A DNA stretch of 64,000 nucleotides, taken from assembly GCA_965216655.1 (NCBI GenBank), contig CBDCGP010000056.1, positions 68,782-132,781 of the forward strand, in the 5' to 3' direction. Shown here in pieces: positions 48,663-59,132 of this stretch. A program made the position numbers and the translations under genes. Position 1 is the stretch's first letter. Every line of letters starts with the position of its first letter. Source of the stretch: Acidimicrobiales bacterium (GTDB taxonomy: Bacteria > Actinomycetota > Acidimicrobiia > Acidimicrobiales > SZUA-35). A model generated the notes under the pieces. It saw nothing but the letters and a program-made list of their open reading frames with translations. It was not told the DNA's origin and searched no databases.

Positions 48663-51041
48663 ATGTCTATGCAGAGTGACCACGAGTTCGCTCCGACGCA
48701 GATCGCCGCCGCTGAGTTCCCAACCGCCTTTCGCGGATACGACCAGGACGCCGTTCGCCACTATCTGACCAGGTTGTCCGCCGCACTCTCCGAAAACGGT
48801 GGAGATGCGTTGGCCGCCCTGGCCCGAACCACCAGCCTCGACCGTATCGAGGAGCTGGAGGAGGAGAACGACACCCTCAGAGCCGAAGTGCGCGACCTGG
48901 AGTTGGAACTGGTTCAACGTTCCGTCGAGGGTCCGGCCGAAGGCCGCTCCTCCCAGCGTGCCGGTGAGCATTCGTCCGAGGACGGCGATGGACTCGACGG
49001 CGATGCCGGCGGGTCGGCCTTCGACGAGCATCGGGCCATCGAACTGCTCGGCCAGGAAACGGCACGGGTGTTGGAATCGGCTCGGTCGGCCGCCGCCGAC
49101 ATCGTCAAGAAAGCCGAGCGGCACGCCAAGGAGATCGAGAAGGACGCCAGGACCGATCTGGCCGATGCCCGCCGCAAGGCGCGGCGAATCGTGGCCGAGA
49201 AGCAGGCCGAGGCCGAGGAACTCGTGGCCAAGGTGGCGTCCGAAGCCGAGGAATCCGCCGTCACGCTGCGGACCGAGGCGGAACAGCATCGGGAGATGGT
49301 GCTCGCGGAGTCGAAGAAGATCATGGCCGACGCCGAGGAGCAGGCCGCCGCCGACGAGAAGTGGGCCCAGGATCGGGCCGAGCAGATCGTCGCCGACGCC
49401 GAGGCGCTCCGTCAGCAGTTGCTGTCGGAGTTGGTGGTCGAGCGGACGAAGATTCGTACCGATCTCGAGGAGATGCTGTCGACTCGGGACCGACTCGTGA
49501 TGGCGCTCGTGGTCGCCCGATCCGAGATGGACGATCTGTCGGCCCGTCTCGACGAGGCCTCCGTCAAACCGTCATCGGGTACCCCTGACATCGAGGTCGA
49601 TGAGGCCGAGACGAGTGCGCAGGTCGACGAGCTTGTCGCGCAGCTCGATGAACAACTCGACCCGGACCCGGGGCCGGCGAAGTCGTCGAAATCGTCGAGG
49701 CCGGCGAAGGCGAAGCCGAAAGCGAAGCGCGACGACAACGCCGACAATGCCGACAACACCGACGAGGGTGACGATGCCGGCGACGGTCTCGAGGTCATCG
49801 ACTTGACCGAGGCTGACGGGTCGCCCGGCGACGACGACGGAGGCGGATCCGGCGGCGGTTCGGCCACCAAGACGAAACGTTCCACCTCGCGGTCACGGGG
49901 TAAGAGCCGGAAGAAGTCCCGCAGCCGAAGCTCTGGTTCGCAGAGCCGCTCCGGTCAATCGGCCAAGGCCGCAGCCACCTCGACGACGGCCACTGCGGTG
50001 GCGGATGCAGAGGATACGACGCCACGGGACGACGAGACCGCTTCCGACGAGATCGCCGACGACACGACCGAAATCGAGGTCGAAGCCGACGTCACCGAGG
50101 ATGAGGCGACCGAGGCGGTGGACCGGTCCGACACCGAGGAAACGGACGACGCCGTCGAGACCGATGACGGCGACGACCCGTCGATCGAGTTGAGCCTCAT
50201 CGAGGGATTCAACACCATCGAGTTGTCCGAGGCCGATCTCGGATTCGCCCGGGAGGTCGCCGCCGGTGGCCGGCCCGGTGAGGAGCCGGAGGATTTCGGC
50301 GATCAGATCCTGGTGACGGTCGCTTCCCGTGAAACCGGAACTGACATGGAAGGCAACCGCGGCGACCTGCTCATCGACGAGGAGTATCGGGGCCGCCTGC
50401 CGTCGGCTGTCGCCGCCAGGGACGCCGCCCTCGGTACAGCCGACGATTTCCACCGCTCGCTGCGACGAGCACTGAACGACGATCAGAGCGAGGTGTTGGA
50501 TCGGCTGCGTGTCGGAAGGGGCGCGGTCGAGGTGTCTGAACTGCCGAAGTTCACCGATCAGATCGAGCGATATCTGTCACCACTCCGTGACGGTCTGGCG
50601 CCGGTGGCGTTGGCCGGGGCCAAGGCCGGCGGCCGCCGCGAGGTCTCGTCAACCGTGCTCGACAACCTGGTAAAGCAACTGGCCAAGTACATCGTCGACA
50701 AGGTGAGGATCCCGGTTATCCGCGAGGTCGAGCACGCCGCCGACCACGACAGGGAGAAGCTGTTCGAGCCGATCCGCAGTGTCTATCGCGACTTCCGCAA
50801 CGGCGGTCTACTCGACCTGGCCGACGACGCCCTGTACGAGTCCTTCGCCATCGGTCTGTACGGTGCCATACCGGCCGGATCCGAGGTGACCTGGCTGCTC
50901 GATCCCCGTCACGATCCCGATCCGGTCTGTGAGATCAACGCCGGCCGCGCCGGGCTGGTCAAGGGCGAGAAGTTCCCGAGCGGGCACACTCGGCCCCTGG
51001 CGCTTCCCAATTGCCGCTGTCTCGTCATCGCCGAGCAATAA
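48663..51041 (+). CDS. DivIVA-domain protein with a coiled coil, a long acidic disordered spacer and a distinct C-terminal domain
   Basis: N-terminal DivIVA motif IAAAEFPTAFRGYDQDAVRHYLTRL. Heptad-rich region 80-300. Lys/Ser/Asp/Glu low-complexity region ~330-520. The C-terminus ends GEKFPSGHTRPLALPNCRCLVIAEQ. Confidence 0.75.
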   Translation: MSMQSDHEFAPTQIAAAEFPTAFRGYDQDAVRHYLTRLSAALSENGGDALAALARTTSLDRIEELEEENDTLRAEVRDLELELVQRSVEGPAEGRSSQRAGEHSSEDGDGLDGDAGGSAFDEHRAIELLGQETARVLESARSAAADIVKKAERHAKEIEKDARTDLADARRKARRIVAEKQAEAEELVAKVASEAEESAVTLRTEAEQHREMVLAESKKIMADAEEQAAADEKWAQDRAEQIVADAEALRQQLLSELVVERTKIRTDLEEMLSTRDRLVMALVVARSEMDDLSARLDEASVKPSSGTPDIEVDEAETSAQVDELVAQLDEQLDPDPGPAKSSKSSRPAKAKPKAKRDDNADNADNTDEGDDAGDGLEVIDLTEADGSPGDDDGGGSGGGSATKTKRSTSRSRGKSRKKSRSRSSGSQSRSGQSAKAAATSTTATAVADAEDTTPRDDETASDEIADDTTEIEVEADVTEDEATEAVDRSDTEETDDAVETDDGDDPSIELSLIEGFNTIELSEADLGFAREVAAGGRPGEEPEDFGDQILVTVASRETGTDMEGNRGDLLIDEEYRGRLPSAVAARDAALGTADDFHRSLRRALNDDQSEVLDRLRVGRGAVEVSELPKFTDQIERYLSPLRDGLAPVALAGAKAGGRREVSSTVLDNLVKQLAKYIVDKVRIPVIREVEHAADHDREKLFEPIRSVYRDFRNGGLLDLADDALYESFAIGLYGAIPAGSEVTWLLDPRHDPDPVCEINAGRAGLVKGEKFPSGHTRPLALPNCRCLVIAEQ

Positions 51042-51092
51042 GCTTCGCGGCGAAGCCGCCTTGACGCCTGCGGCGACTACCCTCAACAGATA

Positions 51093-53999
51093 ATGCGCAC
51101 TATTCGCGACCGTCGTGGGTCGTCCCGCCTCCGTCTCGGCATCGCCGTCATCGCCGGAACCGCGTTCGCCCTCTTCCTGTCGGCCAACGGGATCGCCAGC
51201 CTGTACACCGATTGGCTGTGGTTCGATCAGTTGGGCGTCGGCTCGGTGTGGACCACCCATCTCGGCACCCAGATCGTCATGGCGGTCATGTTCGGGCTGC
51301 TGTTCTTCGCGATCTTCTGGGGCAACCTCACCCTTGCCGACCGGATCAAGCCGGCGGTGCGTCCCAGTTCAGCCGAGGAGGAGCTCGTCGAGCGTTATCA
51401 CGAGATGGTCGGCGCCCAGGCCGGCCGGGTTCGCCTGGGGCTGGCGGCCCTGTTCGCCCTGATCTTCGGGGCCAACACGTCGGCTCAGTGGCAGACATGG
51501 CTGCTGTACCGAAACTCCCAGGACTTCGGGCAGACCGACCGGTTGTTCAACCAGGATGCCGGCTTCTACGTGTTCGAGCTGCCGCTCTACACCTTCCTGA
51601 TCGACTGGTTCTTCGCCGCCCTCGTTCTGACCCTGATCGTCGTGCTGATCGCCCACTACCTCAACGGCGGAATCCGGGCCTCGGTGCTCGATCAGCGGGT
51701 CAGCACCCCGGTCAAGCTCCACGTCTCGGTGATCATGGCCCTGCTGGCGATTCTGCGGGCCGTCGACTACTGGCTCGATCGCTACCACCTGGTCACGTCG
51801 AATCGTGGTGCGTTCGATGGAGCGCTCGCCACCGACGTGCTGATTCAGGAGCCCGCCTTCAAGCTGTTGGCCTTGATCTCGTTGTTCTGCGCCGCGCTGA
51901 TCCTCTACAACATCCGGCGTCCCGGTTGGGGCCTGCCGATGGTGGCCGTCGGCATCTGGCTCGTCTCGCATTTCGTGATCGGCAACGCCTTCCCGCTCGC
52001 CTATCAGCGGCTGCGGGTTGCGCCCGTGCAGTCCACGAGGGAAGCCGAATTCGTCGAGCGCAACATCGAGGCCACCCGGTTCGCCTACGGCCTCGACGGT
52101 GATCGGGTCACCCGGGTCAGCCTCCCGTACCAGGTCGGCCTGACCGACGAGGATGTCAGCGCCAACCAGGATGTCCTCGACAACGTGCCGGTCGTCGACC
52201 CCGTGCTCGCCGTCGACGAGGTCGTCCGCTCCGAAGCCGACCGCCGCCTGTTCAGCTTTACGTCGCCGCTCGACGTCGACCGCTACCTGATCGACGGCGA
52301 GCTCCGCCCGGTGGTGCTGTCGGCCCGTGGCCTCAACATCAACGAGGTGGGCAGCGGCTGGGAGCAACAGCACGTGATCTTCACGCACGGGTACGGCCTG
52401 GCCATGGCCGCCGCGTACGACGACGGAATCTCCCTCGGCCCAACCGACACCCGCGCCCTCGACTTCCTGATCCGTGGCCTGGCCAACATCGAGGTCGACG
52501 AGGACCTCGGTACCGACCTCGACCAGCCCCGCATCTACTACGGCGACGACTTCGGCGGCTACGCCATCGTCGGCAACGAGCGCGAGGAGGTCGACTACCC
52601 GACCGACAGCGGATCGCAGTTCTTCCGCTACGACGGCACCGGCGGCGTGGCCATCGACTCCTTCCTCCGCCGGTTTGCGTTCTCGCTACGATTCCGGCAG
52701 CTCGACCCCCTGATCTCCAATACGATCACCGATCAGTCCAAGGTGATCTACAACCGGGACGTCGTTGATCGAGTACGGGAGATGGCGCCGTTCCTCAGGT
52801 TCGACAGCGACCCGTATCCGGTTGTCGCCGATGGCCACGTCTTCTGGATTCTCAACGGGTACACCACCACCTCCGACTACCCGTACTCGCAGTCGGTTTC
52901 GACGGAGCTGATCGGCGCCGACCTGTCGCGGGGTTACAACTACGTGCGCAACTCCGTCAAGGTCGTGGTCGACGCCTACGACGGCGACGTCGACATGTAC
53001 GTGACCGACGAGACCGATCCGGTCATCCGGGCATGGCGGGGAGCGTTCCCCGATCTGTTCACCGACGAAGCCGAGGTGCCCGACGAGATCCGGAGACACT
53101 TCCGCTATCCGAGCGATTTGTTCACGGTCCAGACCGACATGTGGTCCGACTACGTCGTCGACGATCCGGTCGACTTCATTCAGGGCAACCTGGCCTGGTC
53201 CGTGGCCGCACAGCCGGCCATCGAGGCCGAGACAGAGGAGAGCGACACCGTCGCCGCCCCACCGATGGCGCCTCAGTACCTCATGGCCCGACCGCCGGGC
53301 GCGGAAAGCGCCGAGTTCGTGCTCCAACGGGCCTTCGTGCCGCAGTCCGGAGTCGACTCCAACACCACCCGCCCGGAGTTGACCGGCCTCATGATGGCCC
53401 GCTCCGACCCCGAGAACTACGGGGAACTCATCCTGGTGACGCTTCCGCCGGGCCAGATCGACGCGCCCGACCTCGTCCACGCCCAGATCCGGCAGAGCCC
53501 TGTCATGACCGCATTCGTGCTCGAGAAGCGGGGAGCGAAGGTCGAATTCGGCGAGATGAGCATTGTGCTCGTCGACGACACCATCGTGTACATCCGACCG
53601 GTCTATGTCGAGTCGAACAGCCAGACCGCCATTCCCGAGCTCCAACGCATCGTGGCGGTCAACGGTGATCGGATCTTCATGGATTCCACGATCGGTGGCG
53701 CGATTCAGGGAGTGGTGAGTGGTCAGGCGGTACCGGTGGAGGCCGGTCCGGAGCCGCCCGACAGCGACGACGACACCGAGAACCCGTCGGTCGACGGCGA
53801 TTTCGATCCGTCAGTGTTGTCCGTTGTGGAACTCGTGGCCTTGGCCGACGCTTGGTTGGTGCAGGCCGACGGCCTCGAAGACACCGCTCCGGATGAGGCT
53901 GATGCGCTCCGGGAGCAGGCTCGGATGGCTCTCAGCGAGGTGCAGAGAAAACTCGGTGGCGTCGCTCCGACGGCCTCTGTCGAGACCTCAGGCACCTGA
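51093..53999 (+). CDS. UPF0182-family large membrane protein (Rv3193c-like)
   Basis: 968 aa. N-terminal polytopic region starts LYTDWLWFDQLGVGSVWTT, followed by a large extracytoplasmic domain; size and start match UPF0182. Confidence 0.85.
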   Translation: MRTIRDRRGSSRLRLGIAVIAGTAFALFLSANGIASLYTDWLWFDQLGVGSVWTTHLGTQIVMAVMFGLLFFAIFWGNLTLADRIKPAVRPSSAEEELVERYHEMVGAQAGRVRLGLAALFALIFGANTSAQWQTWLLYRNSQDFGQTDRLFNQDAGFYVFELPLYTFLIDWFFAALVLTLIVVLIAHYLNGGIRASVLDQRVSTPVKLHVSVIMALLAILRAVDYWLDRYHLVTSNRGAFDGALATDVLIQEPAFKLLALISLFCAALILYNIRRPGWGLPMVAVGIWLVSHFVIGNAFPLAYQRLRVAPVQSTREAEFVERNIEATRFAYGLDGDRVTRVSLPYQVGLTDEDVSANQDVLDNVPVVDPVLAVDEVVRSEADRRLFSFTSPLDVDRYLIDGELRPVVLSARGLNINEVGSGWEQQHVIFTHGYGLAMAAAYDDGISLGPTDTRALDFLIRGLANIEVDEDLGTDLDQPRIYYGDDFGGYAIVGNEREEVDYPTDSGSQFFRYDGTGGVAIDSFLRRFAFSLRFRQLDPLISNTITDQSKVIYNRDVVDRVREMAPFLRFDSDPYPVVADGHVFWILNGYTTTSDYPYSQSVSTELIGADLSRGYNYVRNSVKVVVDAYDGDVDMYVTDETDPVIRAWRGAFPDLFTDEAEVPDEIRRHFRYPSDLFTVQTDMWSDYVVDDPVDFIQGNLAWSVAAQPAIEAETEESDTVAAPPMAPQYLMARPPGAESAEFVLQRAFVPQSGVDSNTTRPELTGLMMARSDPENYGELILVTLPPGQIDAPDLVHAQIRQSPVMTAFVLEKRGAKVEFGEMSIVLVDDTIVYIRPVYVESNSQTAIPELQRIVAVNGDRIFMDSTIGGAIQGVVSGQAVPVEAGPEPPDSDDDTENPSVDGDFDPSVLSVVELVALADAWLVQADGLEDTAPDEADALREQARMALSEVQRKLGGVAPTASVETSGT

Positions 54000-54311
54000 G
54001 GAGCAACGGTTTCTTCATCAAAGCGTCGCATCCGCGCCAGAGTTTGCATCATTTGTAGCAATCCTGACTACCTGGATCGACAAGTTTGCGGCTACTATAC
54101 GAGGTAAGGCCCGATCGATGCTTGAGTTCTTCGCGGCGGAAGGCTTCTCAGGCAGCGGTCGGGCCGTCTTGTGCCCGGAAACAGGTCGGAATCCGGCCGT
54201 GGGTTGGAACGAAATCGGGTTCGGTCTGGTTTGAGTAGGCTGAGACGGACCGACGGTCCGCTGTAGCCGGGTATGGCCCGGCCGCATCCCCAGCGAAATG
54301 GAGTTACCTCA

Positions 54312-54966
54312 ATGTTCCGCCGAGTAGACCCCTCGACCCTCACGGTCCCGGCTCCCGAAGACACCCTTCCGGGCCGTCTCGAAGCGATGCCCGTTCCGGA
54401 CGCCCACTACGTCAACGGCAATCCCCTGATCGGGCCGTTCCCCGAGGGTACCGACACCCTGATCGTCGGCATGGGCTGCTTCTGGGGAGCGGAACGCTTC
54501 TACTGGCAGCAGCCGGGCGTGTTCACGACCGCCGTCGGTTACAGCGGAGGCACCACTCCCAACCCCCACCTATCAGGAGACGTGCACGGGCATGACCGGT
54601 CACACCGAGGCCGTGCTCATCGTGTTCTTCCCGGAGCAGGTCAGCATCGAGACGTTGTTCAAGATCTTCTGGGAGAATCACGACCCGACCCAGCACATGG
54701 GTCAGGGCAACGACATCGGCACGCAGTACCGGTCGGCGATCTACGCCAACTCACCACAACAACTCGAGGCGGCACTCAAGAGCCGTGACGTCTATCAGCG
54801 GCAGCTGACCGAAGCCGGATACGGCGACATCACCACCGAGATCGCCACGGCCGGTCCGTTCTACTACGCCGAGGAGTACCACCAGCAGTACCTGGCCAAG
54901 AATCCCGGCGGGTACTGCAACCACGGCTTTTGTCAGATCGGCTACACACCGGAACCGGCCGGGTGA
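54312..54966 (+). pseudogene. msrA: Peptide methionine sulfoxide reductase A, interrupted by a +1 frameshift (or a sequence error)
   Basis: Frame 1 reads ...[33 protein letters not shown] and then nonsense. Frame 2 resumes ...[16 protein letters not shown]...FWENHDPTQ...GTQYRSAIY...[14 protein letters not shown]. The sequence has AACCCCCACC (54561-54570) where an intact frame needs AACCCCACC. Confidence 0.85.
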
Positions 54967-55796
54967 CGACAGCGAGCGGGCGCACGTTCCGGCAGCTCCA
55001 CGAACCGGGTAATCCGTTCGTGTTGCCAACGCGTGGGACGTCGGTTCGGCGAAGGTTCTGGAAGCGCTGGGCGCCGAGGCGATCGGAACATCGTCGGCGG
55101 CCCATGCGTTCACGCTCGGACTGCCGGACATGGGCCATGTGAGCCGTGACGAGGCCCTGGCTCACGCGGCGTCGGTCGCCGACGCCGTATCAGTGCCGAT
55201 CTCCGGTGACCTCGAGAACGGCTACGGGCACCGTGGGTCCGACGTGGCCGAAACCATCACACGGGCGGCCGCGGCGGGCCTCGCCGGCTGCTCGATCGAA
55301 GACACCGCTCTGCCCGACAGCGCTCCGTATGCCCGTGCCGAGGCCGTCGCCCGGATCGAGGCGGCCGTGAGTGCCACTCGAGCACTTTCCGACGATTTCG
55401 TGCTCGTCGCCCGAGCCGACGGTGTCATGAACGGTCAGTACGACGTCGCCGAGGCCATCGCCCGGATCCAGGCGTTTGAAAGCGGTGGGAGCCGATTGTG
55501 TCTATGTGCCGATGCCCCCATCGTTCGACGACCTGGCTCGAATCTGCGAATCGGTCGATGTGCCCGTCAACGCCTTGGTCGCGGGGCCGTTCACCCGATA
55601 CAGCCGTGCCGACTTCGCCGGCATCGGTGTGGCTCGCCTGTCGCTCGGATCGGCGCTGGCCCGGGCCACCCACCGCACCTTGATCGAGGTGGCGCGTGAC
55701 GTGCTGGGAGCCGACGCAGACTTCGAAGGACTCGGTCGTGGTGTTCCGGGTGCCGAGGTCGATGACCTGCTCGGTGCCGGACCTCCCGACGACTGA
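54963..55796 (+). pseudogene. Isocitrate lyase/PEP mutase-family protein, broken by two frameshifts
   Basis: Three pieces in frames 0, 2 and 0. Piece 1: [21 protein letters not shown]. Piece 2: [29 protein letters not shown]...SGDLENGYG...IEDT...LVARADG...RIQAFE. Piece 3: AVGADCVYVPMPPS...NALV. Breaks at ~55025 (one G missing) and ~55480 (extra A). GTG overlaps the msrA stop. Confidence 0.75.
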
Positions 55797-55879
55797 CCAT
55801 CGTGCTGCTGCCATGGCTTCCCCCACGTCGGGTGCGTGGCGGTAGGGCGACGGCGTGAGTTTTTTACTACGGTGGAACC

Positions 55880-58800
55880 GTGGACCGGGAGCTGATCTCC
55901 GTGCAGTTGCTCGGTGGTTTCACCATTCGCTGTGAAGCGGGAACCATCGATTCTCTGCCGCGCCGGTCGGCCTCCCTACTGGCGTATTTGGTCATGAACC
56001 GGCACCGACCCCAAACCCGGGACCTTCTCGCCGGTCGCTTCTGGTCGGATCTGCCCGAGGACAAGGCCCGAAAAAGGCTGAGCAACACCCTGTGGCAGAT
56101 CCGTAGCGCGCTCAGCGAGATCGGTCTCGACGACCTGATCGTTTCCACCAGTACAACCATCCAGCTCGCACCGGGATGGCCCCTCGAGATAGACGTCGAG
56201 GAGTTCGAGCGTCGATTCGACGACATCGATCGGGAATGGGCCCAGCATGCGGCCCGCGCCCCTCTCGCCGACAAACTCCACCGCACTGATCGACGAGTAT
56301 CCGGGCGATCTGCTGGCCGGCCATTACGACGACTGGATCGAGGCCGAGCGGGCGGCGGTCAAGGACCGCTACACGAACGCAATCTGGCAGGCCATCCGGC
56401 TGTTCAAGGGGCGTTCCGACTACGTCACCGCGCTCCGGTACGCCCGCCAGCTCGTCGGTTACGATCCGCTGGCCGAGGAGAACCACCGGGAGGTCATGCG
56501 GCTGTGCGCGTTGCTGGGCCAGCCCGCAGCAGCCGAGCGCCAGTATCGGAGCTGCTCGGAGGTCCTGGCCGAGGAACTGGGAGTCGAACCGTCCTGGGAG
56601 ACAGCGGAGCTCCACGACCGGATCCAGAGCGAGGCCTCGAACGCCGCTGCTCCGATGGTCGCCCTCGGCGAACTGGACACGCCGATCATCGGTCGCTCGA
56701 GAGAACGTGCGGTGCTCCTGGGCCGCATCGACGAGCTGCTCAATGGACAGGGCGGCCTGATACTGATCGAAGGCGATCCGGGGATCGGCAAGTCCCGGCT
56801 GGTGGAGGATCTGGCCGACGCCGCTGACTGGCGGGGTGTTCGGCTCCTGTCGACCGCCAACACCGAGGTCAGCCGGATGCGGCCGTACCACGCGATCCAA
56901 TCCGTGTTGTCGCCGGCAGTCACCGGGCTCCGGGGCGAGCACCTGGCCGAGGTCACCGATCAGATCTGGCTTCAGCACGCTGCAGAGGTGCTGCCCGACT
57001 TGCGCCAGTACGTCACGGTGCCGACCGCCCGATCCTTGCTCCCGGAAGAGGAGGCGACTCGGATGACGGAGGCGCTGGCCCGGGTGCTGTTGGCCCAAGG
57101 CGGGCTCGGGCCAACCCTCGTTGTGTTGGAGGACGTGCATTGGTGCGACGACGACTCGATGCGGGTCTTCACCAATCTCGGCAAACGGCTGAGCCGAAGC
57201 GGAGTTCTCGTCTGCCTCACCTACCGCCGATTCGAGGCCGAACAGAACGAGGGCATCTGGTCGGTCATCTCCCGTCTCGAAGGAATGGCTTCGTCGACCA
57301 GGGTCGTACTCGCCGCGTTGAACCGCTCCGAGATCCGTGAACTGGTGTCGGCCGAGCTCGGGCCTGGCGCATTGCCGGCCAGCGTGCAGGAGAGGCTGGT
57401 CGATGAGTCCGGCGGCAATCCGCTGTTCGTCCTCGAAGCCCTACAAGATCCTGAGGCTCTGCTGTCGAGCGACACCGAGGCACGTGATCCCCACGAACAC
57501 CCCGACCGTTTCCCGGCCACGGTTGCCCGGGCCCTGCAACATCGCTTGGACTCAATGCCGGCCGATGTGCGAACGGTGCTACGGGGCATGGCCGTCCTTG
57601 CCGAACCGTGCTCATCGCAACTGGTGTCGAACATCACCGGCCTCGAGCGGCGGCGGACGCTCGGTGGCTTGAACGAGGCCGTCAACCGAGGGTTCCTGGT
57701 CGAGATCGGGGCCGGCATCTGTCGGTTCTGCCACGATCAGACGCGACGCGCCGTCTATCACGCGATGCCCGACGAGGAGATCCTCGGCTGGCACCGACAG
57801 ATCTATCAGGCGCTGATCGCCGAGGAACGCCCCCAGCCGGAGCAGGTTGCCTACCACTGCCGATCTTGCCGAGATGTGGTCCGAATCGGTCCACTGGCAC
57901 ACGGTCGCCGCCCGATCCGCGGAGGCGGTCGACGCACTTGGCGTCGCCGCCGAACACTACAACGAGGCGGACAAGGCAGCGCAGCTTGCCGGGATCGGCG
58001 AGATCGACAGGTTCGGTGATCTCCTGAGTCACGAGCGGGCACTCGACATCCTCGGTCGGCGCGATGAGCAGGAGTTGCTGCTGAAGCGTCTACTCAACCT
58101 CGACCTTGGTCTCGAGGAACGGGTCGACCTCGCCGAGCGGCAGGCCTGGCTCATGGGTCATACCGATCGCCACGACGAGGCGGCTCATCTTGCGTCCGAG
58201 TGGGCCCAACGAGCATTGGAGGCCGGCCTTCCGAACATACCGTCTCCTGACTGTGCTCGGTGTCGTTCGCTATTGGAATGGCAGCTTGTTCGAGGCGATC
58301 GAGGCACTGCGGTTGGCCTTGAAGGCGGCGCCTGACGACCAGGCCGACGTCACCATCAAGAACCACCTGGGTCGCGCCCTTATCGACGTCTCGGAATTCG
58401 ATGAGGGTGACGACCTGGTCGCGCAGGCGCTGGCAACCGCTGAGAATCTCGGTGACGTTCGAGGTCAGGTGGAGGCGATTATTCATCAGGCGATCTCCGC
58501 GCTGCGCCGAGGGCACAACGACGAGGCAATGACCCGGGCCGAGGCATCGCTGCCTCTGAGTAGGTCGATCGGTTATCGGTACGGCGAAGGCGTGTCACTC
58601 ATTGAACCTGGCCACTCTGCGGGCAATCCGAGGCCAGGCTGGGGTTGCATTGGAGCTGTTCGACGAAGCGGCCGAGATGTTCGACGTGCTCGGGATCACC
58701 CGGACCAAGGCGATCGTTCGAACCAATCTGGCGGAGATCTACCGCCGGCTTTCTCGGCGAGTATCATGAGGCTTGCCAAGCTCTACAGCCATGCGGCGGC

Positions 58801-59132
58801 CAGCTTTCGAAGCCTCGGCGATGAGCGACGTGAACCTTCGCTGCATGAGCCGGCTCTCCGGAATCGACTGGGAGAGCGGGGCGCCGCCGACTGGCCCGCC
58901 GCCGGCTGCAACGCACCTCATCGAGCGGGCGGGGCAACTCTCCGATCCTCTCGTTGAACTGGAGGCGCGCCGGGTGGTTGCCGCTTGCCTGAGCCAGAAC
59001 GGTGACTACGCCGACGCAATCCCTCGACCGGCACGTCGAACGCTCACTCGACGCGTTGCACCCTACCATCGAGGAAAACTCGTTGGCACTACGCCATACC
59101 CGAGTCTGTTGGCCACGCTACCGATTGTCTGA
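55880..59132 (+). pseudogene. AfsR-like regulator (SARP wHTH + BTAD + P-loop NTPase + TPR), readable only through about seven +1 frameshifts
   Basis: wHTH ISVQLLGGFTIR...LLAYLVMNRHRPQTRDLLAGRFW. BTAD YPGDLLAGHYDDWIEAER...VMRLCALLGQPAAAERQY. P-loop LIEGDPGIGKSRL, Walker B LVVLEDVHWCDD. TPR-like repeats continue in successive frames. Breaks near 56281, 57858, 58237, 58604, 58749, 58774 and 58843. Confidence 0.75.

Noticed and set aside
54561-54570. Programmed +1 ribosomal frameshifting as the explanation for the msrA break.
   Set aside because: There is no slippery or stall context like known +1 sites (for example the prfB type), MsrA is not known to use recoding, and thirteen similar breaks occur in neighbouring unrelated genes.
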